Both the position numbers and the translations under genes were made by a program. Shown here one piece after another: positions 1-36,260 of a DNA stretch of 64,000 nt (positions are counted from its first letter, which is position 1; each line of letters opens with the position of its first letter). The notes beneath the pieces were generated by a model that was not told the origin of the DNA, did no database searches, and worked only from the letters and a program-made list of their open reading frames with translations. The stretch spans positions 4,473,106-4,537,105 of the forward strand of contig CAVNZM010000003.1 in assembly GCA_963693365.1 (NCBI GenBank), in the 5' to 3' direction. The DNA is from Amoebidium appalachense (Eukaryota > Protista > Ichthyosporea).

Positions 1-273
1 GAAGACCATCTTTTCACCTGTCCCCCATCCCCCCTCCCCCTCCCCCCCCCCCCCCCAAACACACACACCTCCCCCGCCGTCCCCTTGACTTGTTCAGTCT
101 CTCTCTCCCCCCCCCCCCCCCCCCCCCCCCGCCGCGCCCACCCCTTCCCCCATGCTGTTTCTCTCAAACCACGAACCTCCAAAATCCCATCCCCCCCCTT
201 CCCTCCCCCCCCTTCCCCCTCCTCCCTTCCTCCCCCTTGCGCGGGGATGCCCAAATCCTCTCCTCCCTTCCTC

Positions 274-329
<56 letters not shown>

Positions 330-490
330 CATTATCGGTTTCTCACTAACCTAGCAACATAAAAAGCGCACATCGACTTCCTTTTCCAAATATCGTTTCT
401 TTCTTCCCAACCACGATGTCATATTGTCAGAAATCAAGCATACAAGCCAGAGGAAGCACCAAAAAATTCAGTTCAATGCTACACCCGTAC

Positions 491-1518
491 CTTGGTCCCG
501 TCTCCGCATCTCCCTCAGTCAGGAGCTTCTGCATAGTCGCTCTCATCTGTTGGTATGCTTCCTTCGTTACGCCAGAATCCTCTGCTATAACAGCATCAAC
601 ATGCCCCACATCCACCACAGATTTCTGTTTCCCATCGTCGGTTGCCAAAGGTGGGGGCTCATCATCGTCATCATCTCCCTCCTCCACATCAAAGTCAAAC
701 ATCAACAACCCATCGTTGGGAATAACCGGTTGAAGGAGTGCGTCATCTGAAAGAATGGCGGAGATGTCTTCTGGAAGAATGGGTTTTGTGCCGTCTGACG
801 TTGTGTTTTTCCTTAGGTAGTTGACCAGCTTGATAATCTGGTAGAAGTCAAGACGCTTGCTTCTAACATACGCCACAAAATCGAACTGGTGAGCATCTGC
901 AGAGGTTGCGGGTTAGATTAAAATATATGCAGCCCCTAAGATGCTCGTGGTACTTAGAATCCCCTCCCCCCGCCCCCCCCCACCCCCCCCCTCCCCCTCT
1001 CTCCCCCCCCCCCCCCCCCCTCGCTCTGTCACCTACACCCACGTGTCACCCCATTCTCCCAGTTCCCTCCCAGACAAACAAGTCTCCCCCACCACCTCTC
1101 ATAAACCCCCGTCCGCCCATCTCTATTCTCTCACTACACAGCCAAGCACCTACTTACCGACCCACCTACCCGCCCCGGCCCCTTACTCCCCTCCCCTCCC
1201 CTCCCCTTCCCACCACGACCACCATCCACCCACCCACCCATTCCCATAATGCACACAAAACAATCCTTCTACCCCCACCCGTCCGCCAAAACCGGTTGCT
1301 CAAACCAGCTCACACACCCAAAAAAACACAGAGGCTCACTTACCCACACAGTGCTTCAGCGCCAACTGTGCAGACGACAGTGTCTGTGGGCATAAAAGAC
1401 ACCTCGTGGCTTCCTCCGGCTCATCATTCTCATCCTGCCAGTCTTCCCATTCTCCTTCGGCAGGTACTTCCTCCTCACCGCTACTGCTGCTTGTGATGTC
1501 TTCCTCGCGGTTGCTCAT
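491..1518 (-). CDS. PRMT3: Protein arginine N-methyltransferase 3-like, N-terminal exons (acidic N-terminus + C2H2 zinc finger); gene probably continues past the left edge
   Basis: Exons 1518-1344 (MSNREED...EWEDW...CLLCPQTLSSAQLALKHCV, donor gtaagt) and 896-491 (DAHQFDFVAYVRSKRLDFYQIIKLVNYLRK...LLQPVIPNDGLLMFDFD) join in frame. The WEDW, C2H2, 'DFY..IKLVNY.R' and 'L.PV...D.LL' pattern is typical of the PRMT3/Rmt3 N-terminus. The methyltransferase domain is not seen in the window. Confidence 0.72.
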
Positions 1519-1672
1519 TCTCTCTGCAAAGCTATGCTTTTCCAGCTTTTCGGGTTTAGTTATTCCTTCCTCTTTCTCGGACACACGCTGTATGAGCACT
1601 GAGCGCACGTTTACGCTGTGTATGTACGCTTTTTTTTTTTTGTTGACTGTGTACATACGAGTGTGTGCACGT

Positions 1673-3590
1673 CAAGGCCTCCTAAATAGCACACCGGGCC
1701 GAGGCACGCAATAGACTAATACTCCAGATTACGTGTAAAGAGTAGGGTGATCGAAAACTGAAATCTTACATGCCCCTCCGGGGTCTCCTACATCAGACTA
1801 TTTTTAGTGCAAAACTTGTGCAAACATTACGCTAAACTACCAGACGCAATCATCACTGCCTATCACTGCCTAAGTCGCACACAACGCACCCAGTGCGTCG
1901 TCGTTCAAAAACGAGAAAACGTCGAAGTCCTCCTCCTCGAGCACAGCCTCCACGTCGTCGCTGGCGCTGGGGCCGTCGTCCGCGGCGTGCGCCGCCAATA
2001 AACCGGTTGATGCACCCTCGTATTTCTTGGTTTGCCGGTTTGGCTTGTTGGTTGGTGTTTCTTTTTCGCTTTGCGTTCCTTGGTGTAGTTGTTGAGCAAA
2101 ATGTTGGTCATTCTCATGGCGATGCCGTCGAGGTACTGCGCCGTGTCCTCCCCGCACTCCTCACAAGTAATGCCTCGAATTGTCTCTGTCTCCGGCCGGC
2201 TCTTGGCGTGCTGAACCGCGAGCGTGTGAACCAGCAGGCGGTGGGAGCCGGCGTGCAGAAACTTGCCCTCCAGCTCCTTGCTGGTGAGGCACTCCATCAC
2301 GCGCACAGTGGTCTCCGCGACCACATAGGCCGCGTAGGAGGGAGTAGAAAGCCCCCCACGGTCGATGGCCTCCAGGTATGACGTGTCGATGACGTCCGGC
2401 CCAAGCTGGGCTCTGACGCTGGCTGGGATCTCCACCACCAGGCGGCGGCTGCTGAACAAGCGCCCACGGCACTGCTTGCAGCTGCAGCCCCGCCCCGTCT
2501 TGAAGCAGGCGTAGCCGGCGAGAAAGACGACCACGCTCTTGTTGGGGACGGTGATGGCAGCCAACAGAGCGCCAATGCTGGAGAAGGGCTGCAGCAGAAC
2601 GTCCAGTTACACGGCAGGCTTGGCCAGCAGGGCAGCCTCGTTGAACTTGACGGCCTGCTTGAGAGTGCTGATGCCCACGGCCTTGCCCGTGCCCCGGCGG
2701 AACGTGAAGAGGTTGATGAGCCGGATGCGCCGCTCAGACTCAAGCACCTGTTCAATATCACACCTTCCGTTAGCTTGGCATTATCCTGATTTACAACTGT
2801 GCAGATGAAGAGCACCGCACAGACCACAAATAGTTGCCAGCTGCAGCCGGCTGATTTGGGTGTTTGCAAGTTAATGCAATGCTTGTGTCGGTAAGGAGAG
2901 GATCTGGGAAATGGAGGTGGAAAAGGGAGGGGGGTGAAGGGGGGGGGGGGGGGGGGGAGGGATTACTTCTTTTGGCAATTGGTGTTTAAAGAAGGAAGGT
3001 GGGGGTAAGCCTTCTAGGATCCGAAAAAAAAGAAGGGGGGGGGGGGGGGGGGGAGGGGGAGTAGGGGAAAAGGGAGGGGGTGGGGGGGTGGATGGTGGTG
3101 GTGTTGGTGGTGTTGGTTGGGAACGAGGGGGGGAGGGGGGGAGGGGGAGGGACTCTGAAAAATTGTCTCAGAAAAAAAGGAGTGGGGGGAGGAGGAAGGG
3201 GGGGGGGGGGGGGGGGGGGAAGAACAAGGGTGGAGGGAAGAGGCTACCTGGCGGGTGGAAATTTGGTCTTTGCCTCCGTTCATTTCCCTGTAGTGTCCAA
3301 ACCGACCCTCCAACTGGTCGGTCATAATCTTGCCCAGAAGAACGTAGACCCAGTTGAGGTCGTCCTTTAGATACTCCACAAGGGCTATCTGCAAACATTT
3401 AAAACCCGAGTGTTAAGGATAGTTTCCCAAAAAAAAGGGTGGCCCAGAGTGCATAACCAACGTGCTTATCGAAGCACAAAGGCTGAGTGCACGGGTGCCC
3501 ACTGATCACACAATGGCCCAGCATAAAACGGGAAGGGGAGGGAGGAGAAGGGGGGGGGGGGGGGGGGGGAGGAGCGAGAAGGGAGGGTGT

Positions 3591-3621
<31 letters not shown>

Positions 3622-4864
3622 GGGGGGAATAGAGAGAGAGTGTGTCTGTGTGAGAGAGGGGGGAGGGAGAGGGGGGGAGAGAGAGAGAGAGGGGGGGGGG
3701 GGAGAGAGAGAGAGAGAGAGAGCTAGAGAGAGAGAGCTCGAACCATGATCAACACTGCAGCAGGCCATTGCAAAACAGTATGCATGAGGACTACTGTATG
3801 AAGGGGGGGGGGGGGGGGGGGGGAGGGGGGGGGGGGGGGGGGGGGCCTGGAGCTTTGCTCGTTTGTTTTGCTCTTCTCTTCTATCCTCTGGGTTTCTCCT
3901 GGGTGTCTTTTCCTCTATGACTATATTCAGTTCTGTGTTGAATATGCAAGGAATCTGATTCTCTTTGTACCTCGGGTGGGAATGTTTAATAAACCGAGAT
4001 ATATCTGTTTTAGGATCTTTGTAGTCAAAACCTAGGTCAAGTTGTTCGAGCCTAAAATGTTTGATACAAATACCTATACAGCTTGTGTTACTATTTACCG
4101 TTAAGTCTTGGCGTTTGCAGAAACTGACCCACTTGTGAAAACGCTCGGGCTCTTTAGTTTTGTTAGGAAAAGCAAAACAAGATGCACACTCGTGCCCTTT
4201 GTAATTAATTGTGCAGCCGTAGACAGCACAAGATCTTGGCATCTGCGTAGCGGCTGGGCGTGGCCAAAGTGGCACTGCCCAGCCTTTTTTAAATATAATG
4301 CAGGAGCACTTCACGTAAAGTGGTGGCAAAGAAATAGTTACTTTTCCACGTGTAGCAGCAACCCAAGCGGCCGGCACACAGCCCCCTTGATCACAACGAG
4401 AGATCGACGGGGATTGATGAAGTAATTGTACTTACGTCAGCTTAAAGTCTTAACCCCTTAAAATAACTCCCTAAAATTATATTTTAAACGCCAAAAAAAA
4501 TGGCATAAACCATTTAAATGTTAAATAAATGAGCGCTTTGACGTATTTATTATTTCATAAAGCTATTAAAACAGGCTAGATACTAATATTGTTGGTTTTG
4601 CCTTATCCTTAATGTTGGTACCCCACATTTTCCCGAGTATACAAAGAACACCAAAAGCCCGCCATTTGCTGTATTGTCCAATCACTAAATGGCAGTCAAA
4701 AATCTTCTATCCAATCGAAATCGCCTTTACTGGGTTTCGCGCGTTCCTCAGTTGGCCAATCATTTCGCTGGATTCGGCTGGAAGCTAACCCTACTCTTGA
4801 TGACGTCACCTCTCATATGTGACGACCTCGTGCCTCGGCCCGGTGTGCTATTTAGGAGGCCTTG
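1673..4864 (-). mobile_element. P-element superfamily DNA transposon (3192 bp), internally deleted and non-autonomous
   Basis: Perfect 36-bp TIRs: CAAGGCCTCCTAAATAGCACACCGGGCCGAGGCACG at 1673-1708 and its reverse complement at 4829-4864. Perfect 8-bp TSD GTGCACGT at 1665-1672 and 4865-4872. Contains THAP-transposase remnants. Confidence 0.95.
1870..4242 (-). pseudogene. THAP-domain (P/THAP9-like) transposase remnant lacking most of the catalytic core
   Basis: Exon 4242-~3847 is a THAP C2CH finger (MPRSCAVYGC...FAFP...W...CIKHF...IPCIF) plus a charged segment. Exon 3388-3248 (YVLLGKIMTDQLEGRFGHYREMNGG) matches the P-transposase 'QD.LE..FG..R..GG' motif. Exon 2747-~1870 has FLAGY, CxxC and DRGGL..PS motifs, an in-frame TAA at 2607-2609 and a likely frameshift near 2060. 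Confidence 0.85.
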
Positions 4865-5523
4865 GTGCACGTGCACTGTGCAGTTTGCCCTAGAGTTCAA
4901 ATATCACAAAAATTGGCGCCAAAACGAGGTAACTATAAAGAAGAAATAAACTTGAAAAGTTTTTTATTTTCCTATGAAGTGCACGATCTCTGTTATATAA
5001 GACTTGCAACCTCCCTCTTGTTAGGTTTACTGTTTGTGAGCCAACAAGAAATTCCTGGGCCGGCCGAAGCCGATCAGCCTGGCAGAGTGAAAAGCCACAC
5101 AGCTCGGAACTGGTTGCAGGCGCGGAACACCACCATTTGCGAGAATTATTTCAATATTTGTAGATCTTTGGTGAATAATACAAAGGGACGGGTCTAGAAA
5201 TAGCTGCACATACATTTAGGCAGTAGCAACAAAACCAGTTGGCTGAAAAGACGTTAATTAGTGGCACCGAGTCTTTTAAACCTTTGCAGGTTAAAGTGGT
5301 TCATGGTCAAGAGTACCGCTGAAAGTAGCTTGTCGTAGGCTCTTCTCTTCTCTTCCCATATCCAACAGCCGCTTGCTTGAACGTTGTGTACATCTAGGCT
5401 CTCCATTTTTTCCTTTCCCCTTGTGTTGTAGTCACACAGGAAAGGCATGTAATTTCCACCAGTGGAGATCAACGTCGGCCAGAAGCAGGCTTAGGCTCTG
5501 TTACAACACTTTAGCCAGGAAAA

Positions 5524-28891
<23,368 letters not shown>

Positions 28892-30010
28892 TCGGATTCC
28901 AGATCGGCAAAGTTCGACACCTAATCGGGTTCCAATGTTGGCCAACTGTGCGCCTCAGGTTTGCGAAAGAATGGTGTCTGGTATTATGACCATACCGAAA
29001 TCCCCCTTCCCCCCCCCCCCCTCCTCCTCCTCTTCCCTCCCTCGATCCCCAACCTTTGTGCACATGCACCTTCTTGCTTGTATTGTGATTTTTTCCAAAT
29101 ATTATGCCTGGTATTAGTAATCATATCTATTGACTTGTGAACATATGAACAGATGTATTTGCTTGTAGATAAGGGCTCCAGGTCTCTTTGGAGTTTATCG
29201 TATTTGACGTGTAACAGTTGGAAAGCGGAATCCACTTTAGCCTGATGGTATTCAAGTAGTGACGTGGATTTGATACTGATCAATACCTTTTTCAATATTT
29301 CTCTGTGCGTATGAGTACACCTAGACAGAGCATGCCACACACACACACACATGCACACACACACACACACACACGTACGGAGGTGCGCGGGGGGGGGGGG
29401 GGGGGGGGGGTCTCTCAGAGGCGTACACTTGTCCGCAACGTCCGCACGTATGACACATGCATAGGCAGACCATCAGAATTCTGTCGGTACACTCTACTTT
29501 TTGTTTTATTTTAGTCACAATTGCATTGCTATAATAACGTGTTAATTACATTGAAATTTTATGAACTTGAATCAATATGGTGAATCAACCCAATCCAAAA
29601 AAGCAATGCACATTCGATAGTTATAGATTGGTGCAATTATTCGATATTATCGTCAGATATGTACAGTAAGTAAGAAGTTGTGATCACGTTGTGATCATGA
29701 ACACTGTCAGGAATATATCAGATAACTGGCAATTTCAACTGTGCCTGAACAAGCACACAATAAATATAGCAAAAAAGAAAAAAAGGAAGAAAGGCACTCC
29801 CCAGATTTCTGCTCCCCAAGCCTGAGAAAGTCTGTTTATTTCATATGGTAGCGGTGAGTGACAGTATACATGTGTCTATGTGTATGTGTGTGTACAATGT
29901 CATGTGTGACTCCCGGTGTCGCGGTGTGTGTGTGTGTGTGTGTGCCACGGTGTGTATGTGTGTGAGTGTGAGACGGTGTGTGTGTGACTGTGTGTGTGCC
30001 AGTGTGTGTA

Positions 30011-30095
<85 letters not shown>

Positions 30096-30125
30096 CACTG
30101 TGCCCCGCGTTGTGACATGTCAGTG

Positions 30126-30165
<40 letters not shown>

Positions 30166-30351
30166 CTGGAGATGTACATGTCAGGCCTCCGGCGGTCAGT
30201 AATGTCTGGCCATGGTCCTATCATCTATACCATGATGTACTACGGGCCTTATGATGTACATGTGACATCAAACCGTCTCGGACGTGGAGGCTTTTACCAT
30301 TTAAGGCACTTGGGTAGGAAACCCGGTTTTCTTATTTCTTCTCTCCTCTAC

Positions 30352-31165
30352 TGATAGATGGCAAATCGTCGATTTTATTCGACGTTTTGGCCAAAAAGTC
30401 GACTAGGATATTGACTTTTTTGCCGAGACCACGGCCATCTAGCGACTCGTACAGACAACACACAGTCATATACAAACGGAAGGTACAGACGAAAGACCTT
30501 ATTAAATAAGTTATAAACACACCATACAGACGGAAGGTACAGACGAAAACTTCATAAACCACGTGTGCACGTAAATATTTCTGGATGTGTCCGTGTGTGT
30601 GCGCGTGGGTATTTTGTTCTCCACATGTACTGTTCCGAACCAGGTACAGTGTGCACGTGCACGTGACACTGTGCCGGATTATGTTTGGGGGGGGGGGGGG
30701 GGGGGGGGGAGGAGGAGGGGGGGGGGGGGGGGGGGGGGGGGGTAGTGTTGGTGGAGGGGAGACGTACTAAGTTGATAGGGCACTGTAAAAGAAATACACG
30801 CGGCGCCGTACGTACACTGGCTGCGCCGTGCGCATGTACGCGGGCATGCAGCATCTTACTCTTGATCGACCTGATGTTATGAAGGGATCATCTGGAATTC
30901 GCCATCAAAACTGATTGGATGGCGAACCGCAACCAATCACAAAAAAAATCGGAAGATTAACCTTTTTTAGTAGCGCTCCGCGCAAAACCGTTGGATAACA
31001 TATATAGGTGAAATAGGTGATATTCGACCTCAGAGTCTCAGACCAACATGACGTTTTGGGAAAGTTTCACGGTGGTGCGGTTTACACCAATAGTAATACA
31101 GCATTTATAGCTAAATATGGCCAAAACGTCGATTCTAATCGACGTTTTGAATCCGCGATCTATCA
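30352..31165. mobile_element. Possible old MITE with imperfect ~45-bp inverted ends
   Basis: TGATAGAT..AATCGTCGATTTTATTCGACGTTTTGGCCA (30352-30393) versus TGGCCAAAACGTCGATTCTAATCGACGTTT...ATCTATCA (31118-31165). Internal 25-bp direct repeat at 30470 and 30523. Confidence 0.45.
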
Positions 31166-31654
31166 CTCGAACGTTGTCACAGTGCAAGTAGTTCTGAGAC
31201 TCGTGGCCACTTGCATCGGGGCAGCTGCATGCGTGCGTGCACTGACTGATGGGGGGACATGATTCAGACAGACCCACGTGACTTAGTCACTACCTGGCCC
31301 GGCACACCCCCCGGCGGCATGTACATACACTCACGTGCACGCTACGTCAATTTATCCCCGGTGATCGGGTGGGGCTGCCACGTGCGACTGTAGTGTGGCC
31401 TCAGCCGCCGTATGATAAACTATACTCTATTTTTCAAGGGTATGAGTTGGCGCGTTGGCAGTCGCTTCGGAAGGAAAATTTTGTCAGCCTTGAAAAATAA
31501 GAGCTACCTCCAAAGGCAGCAGCGGGTGGGGCTACTTGAACTGCCGTGCCACCCACTCTGGTGTAGCCGGGCCATTCCGAAGGGATCACGTACATCGATC
31601 GAATCATCCAGTTCGGGATTTGGGTGCTACCCTCAATTCCCAAGCTCCTAGGGT

Positions 31655-31859
31655 GTGACGTAATATTTGGCACGAAATTTATTTGGCACGAGCCTGCAAA
31701 ACGGTGAAAATGGGGCAGGATGTCGCCCAGGCACCGACAGGAGCTTGGGGATACCCCTGGATGTGCTCCGCTAGCGGGCTGGTGCCAAATAAATTCGTGC
31801 CACATTTTACGTCACCAGGTTCGTGCCAAATTATTTGGTGCCAAATTTATTTGGGGCAT
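31655..31859. repeat. Inverted repeat/hairpin with reiterated TTTGGCAC motifs (MITE or transposon subterminal region)
   Basis: GTGACGTAATATTTGGCACGAAATTTATTTGGCACGAGCC (31655-31695) versus GGCTGGTGCCAAATAAATTCGTGCCACATTTTACGTCAC (31777-31815), followed by more GTGCCAAA units. Confidence 0.7.
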
Positions 31860-33094
31860 AAATGGGTCGGTTCGAACTATTATGGGTCGAATCAGCTCGA
31901 ATCGTTCCTGACCCGTTTTCTGACCCGTTTTTGTGGCTCATCGTTGGTGGCGTCTGATTCGAGGAATAAACTCGAAAGGCGGGCTAAGCAAGACCACGTC
32001 AACCACGTGCAGGTGGTGGCGTACTTGAACGGGCAGTCACAGCCTGGACTGGCAGTTGACAGGTGTGACACAGCGCTAGCATCCTTATCATATTGCAGTA
32101 GGCTCATATAAAAATAATAAAAACAGACAACACCCTTTAATGCTCGATCATAACTGACAGTACATATTTTGTGTGAGCATGGGTTACAAACATGCTCGCG
32201 TCCGCATTGGACGTGGGCAAGGCCATTGGGCTTTGCTGAGGATTCTCGTTCATGTTATCCTCGCCTTTTGTCTTTTGGCTGCAGCGGGTTCAACAAACAA
32301 CCCAGATGGGGTGAACAAAAAAGTCATTAAGGAAAACAAATCTTGGTCTAAAGATCATGCCAAGCTGGAACAGCCATTCGTTGCACGGTACATTGATTAT
32401 TGCATAGCGGATCATGAGGACTCTGTCGAAGCTGGCACGTGCCCTCCCCAGCCCTTCCTCAGGGATTGGGTGTGGCATCAAACCCGTCATGGCGGCCGGA
32501 TAGATGCATCTACAGCGGAGGGAGTCCATCAGGTGATTCCCCCCCCTTCCCCCCCCCCCCCCCCCTCCCCCCCTCTCTCCCCACCACCCCCTGCCTCTTT
32601 TCCACTTTTTCTCTCCCCTCCCCTGTCTCTCTGTTCTGGGCCTTACAGGTGGTTCCTCCGTTTTAGAAGTTGTTTTTTATGTAATACGTTAGGTGTGTCC
32701 TTTTGCATCTTGTGGATACCAATGCCTTCACCGCTCAGGCCTTCCCTTGCACTTAATCTTATGGACCTTTGTGCCTCTCCCATGATCTGTTTGGCATGGC
32801 ATGCTGCCTTTTCTGCTTTGGCTTGCCTCTTATATGTTGCTATCACCCGATAGGGTATGTGTGGCAACGTGTTCCATATGTTTTGTGTGACCATTCTGTG
32901 CAGTGTACCCACTTAAAGCCCACTCCTCCGCTTTTCCCCCTTCCCTCCCTTCCCCTTTAAGCATACAATTAGTCAAGAGGCAGTACAGGATAGTGGGTAG
33001 AGAGTTTCTGTGTGTCACGGTGTATGCCTGTGGGTGTGTGCTTGTCTGTGTGTGTATGTGCCTGTGTGTGTGTAGTGAGTGTGTGTGTGTGTTG

Positions 33095-33139
<45 letters not shown>

Positions 33140-33190
33140 CGTTTGTGTGTGTAATGTGGGTGGGTGGGTGGGTGGGTACAGAGAAGGGGA

Positions 33191-33222
<32 letters not shown>

Positions 33223-33570
33223 GTGTATGTGTGTGCCTGTGTGTGTATGTTAAAGACAGGGGGAGGGGGGGAAGGGGGAGAGGTCAGGGTAGGGAGAAAG
33301 GGAGGGAAGGATGGGTGGGTGGGAGGGTTGGAGGGAAGGAGGGAGGGGGAGAAAGGGTAGAGGGAGGGATAGGCGGAAAAGACAGAAAGAGAGGGGCAAA
33401 GAGAGGAGGGCAGTCGGTAAAGAGGAAGGGCGGGAGGGTGGGACGGAGAGGGAGAAGGGGGAAGTGGAGAATTAGGGCAGGGGGGGGGGCCGAGAGCAAG
33501 AGGGGGGGTGGGGAGGGTGTGGGCGGTGTGTGTGTGTGTATGTGTGTGTGTATGTATGTTGTGTGTGTGT

Positions 33571-33605
<35 letters not shown>

Positions 33606-33697
33606 GGATGGGGGATTCGGTTGGGAGTGGGTTCTTTATAGACCTGGCAACCATTGACCAGCTATTCTCTCACCCTGTCTTTGTGTTCACTCTGCAG

Positions 33698-34011
33698 CTT
33701 ATGGCAATAATGGCAACCGTTCCTTGCCTGAGTGTGGTATGGAGGTTGGGTCTTTCGACAGTGATGGCTCTGACGATGACGATGAGGGGTCAAGTGACGA
33801 GAGCCCCGGTTCATTCAACGTGTCAACATGTGTGCGCCTAGCAGGCCGCAAGCTTAACGCCCGGCGTGCGATGCGCAAGCTGATTGGGTCTGTGCACAGC
33901 TCCGAAGGGTTTGCTTTAGCAGCACAGGACCCGGATCATCTGCTCTTCACTCTAGTGTTCTTTGACGAGGCCGTGGCAGCAGACATACAGCTTGCCAGGT
34001 GCTTCCTGCCG

Positions 34012-34045
<34 letters not shown>

Positions 34046-34884
34046 TTCCCCCCTCCAACGCCCCCCGCTCCTCCCTCTCGCCTCTCCCCCCCTTTCCCTG
34101 CAGGGCCTCCTCCCCTTTCCCCCATCCCCCTTTCCCCTCCCCCCCCCCCCTCCCCCCCCCCCCGCCCCCTTTTCTGCATCCCCCTCCCCCTCTCCTCCTT
34201 CCCACAATTCTTCCTCCCAACTGCTCCACCTCCTTACTTCCTTGCACGTATCAATCCATCTCTCCTTCCAACCCAAGTGACACCAGTTTTTTGTCAGACA
34301 ACCTGCCTCCCCAGGCCCACTTATTATGCCTGTCCTGTTCCCCTCCCCCCCCCCCTCTCCCCCCTCAGGAGGGCCTCTGCCCATTCGTCCCTCCTTTTCA
34401 AGTCCTCCATTACCTCTTACCTCCCCTAATTCTCATTATTCTCTAATAGTATACCTATATCTTCCATCCTACCTTTTTGGAAGCTCCCTGCTTCTCTTCC
34501 ACCTATTTGAAAGCATCTGCATCTACCCCCCCCCCCCCCCCCCCCCCCCGTTCATAGCCCCTCCTTCATCAGTACTCCCTTACACCTGCCCGGCCCCCTT
34601 CAGAGTGCCTAACCCCCTCCCCCCCCACACACACACCCCTCCCCTTTCACACACCTGCACACACGAACGCACCCATGCATGCACGCATGCACCCTCCCTC
34701 GCAGCCACGAGCGCACACACTCTTATTCACTTATAGAATTGTTAATAATCTAATGCCCCCCCCAACCCCCCCCCCCCCCCAACCCCAACCCACCCACACA
34801 CGCACACACACACACACGCCAAGGTTTCCCTTGTTCTGCTCCTCGGCCTTTCCGCCTTCCCCATAATCTGTCTTTCTCTCTCTT

Positions 34885-34920
<36 letters not shown>

Positions 34921-35991
34921 CCCACCCCACTGTCACCCACCCCACCACCACTGCCCTACGTCACCCTCCCACTTCTTGTCTTTGCTTATTCTTCCTTGTG
35001 ATGTGCAACACAGGGACATATCCGGGCCACCTGAGGTCCAGCAACAACGCCTTCTTCAAATTCTGGGTGCCTGGAGAATGGAGCTTATGGAAACACCCGC
35101 TGACGGCAACTGTTTGTTTCATTCGGTGTGGCATTATATCAATCAGTATCTACAAAGCGGTCATGTAGCTACCCGTGAACACCTCAACACATTGGGGTTT
35201 ACAGCTAATATGGAGCCTATAGAGGCGATTGGACGGCTACGCGAACTAATGGTAAACGAATGGCGGCGAAATCTAGCAGAATACCAAGGATTCCTTTCAA
35301 GGGTGACCCTCGCATACGTAGCTGATGATTTCCGCTGTCCTCGGCGCGCCCATTTTGCTTCTGCAGCCGGTGACGCGATGGTGCTGGGCTTAGCCAACGC
35401 ACTCCGCATACCAATAACCATTTTTAGCACGATTGCCAATCACGGTGTAGTTGCGGTCACTCCACCCACCGTCATCGAACCCAACATTGCCATACCCGTA
35501 TCACTTAACGGTGCAGCAGATCATTACTCAGTGGTAATACCTCGCTTGTCGCATGCGAACAAAATCTCGGACAACAACCAAACACAGACATCACACTCAG
35601 TTGACACGGAAAACTCGACGGAGTTGGCGTCTAACGCTAACACAACTGACACGTTCGGTGGGTTGCCCGCCAAGGGCTGCAGCTGTAATAGAAACAGTAA
35701 GGATAGAACACGTTTTTTTTGTGGTTTTAAGAACGGCGGGGGAAAAGTGCAGGCATACGATGGGCATGAGCGTTGCATATGCGCAAAGAACAAGCGGGCA
35801 TGCACCCAGGCATGCAGGTGTGAGAATTGTGGCAACAGGTGAGCCGTATGATATGCATTTGCTACTTTTCTTCTTTTGCATCCTCTATTTGCCCACACTT
35901 GGTACTTTATAATCGAAACCTTAACTTGGCCAAATCCAGGTATTTCTGCTTGTCCCTCTCTTTATTCCCCCCCCCCCCCCCCCCCCCCCCT

Positions 35992-36033
<42 letters not shown>

Positions 36034-36215
36034 GAGGGGAAAGAAAAGCCCCCTCTCCCAATCCCCTCCCCCTCCTGTATCCGTCGTTTCATGATGTCTA
36101 ACCCCTCCTCCTCCCCCCCCCACCTTCCCCACTGCTCACCACCTGCACACCCGCACACCATACACAAACTTAAACACACACACGCATGCACGTGTGCACG
36201 CACACACACAGCCCC

Positions 36216-36260
<45 letters not shown>

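Noticed and set aside
1-350. Further PRMT3 exons (a short exon near 328-350 and an acceptor near 18)
   Set aside because: I could not find a stop-free, phase-consistent GT-AG path, so this is left unresolved.
2607-2609. In-frame TAA in the transposase as evidence of stop-codon reassignment
   Set aside because: EXOC1 terminates at TAA at its conserved C-terminus and no host exon contains an internal TAA/TAG, so this is a simple nonsense mutation.
30174-30200. GTACATGT-CAGGCCTCC resembling a second P-element end
   Set aside because: No matching inverted end or TSD partner found in the window.
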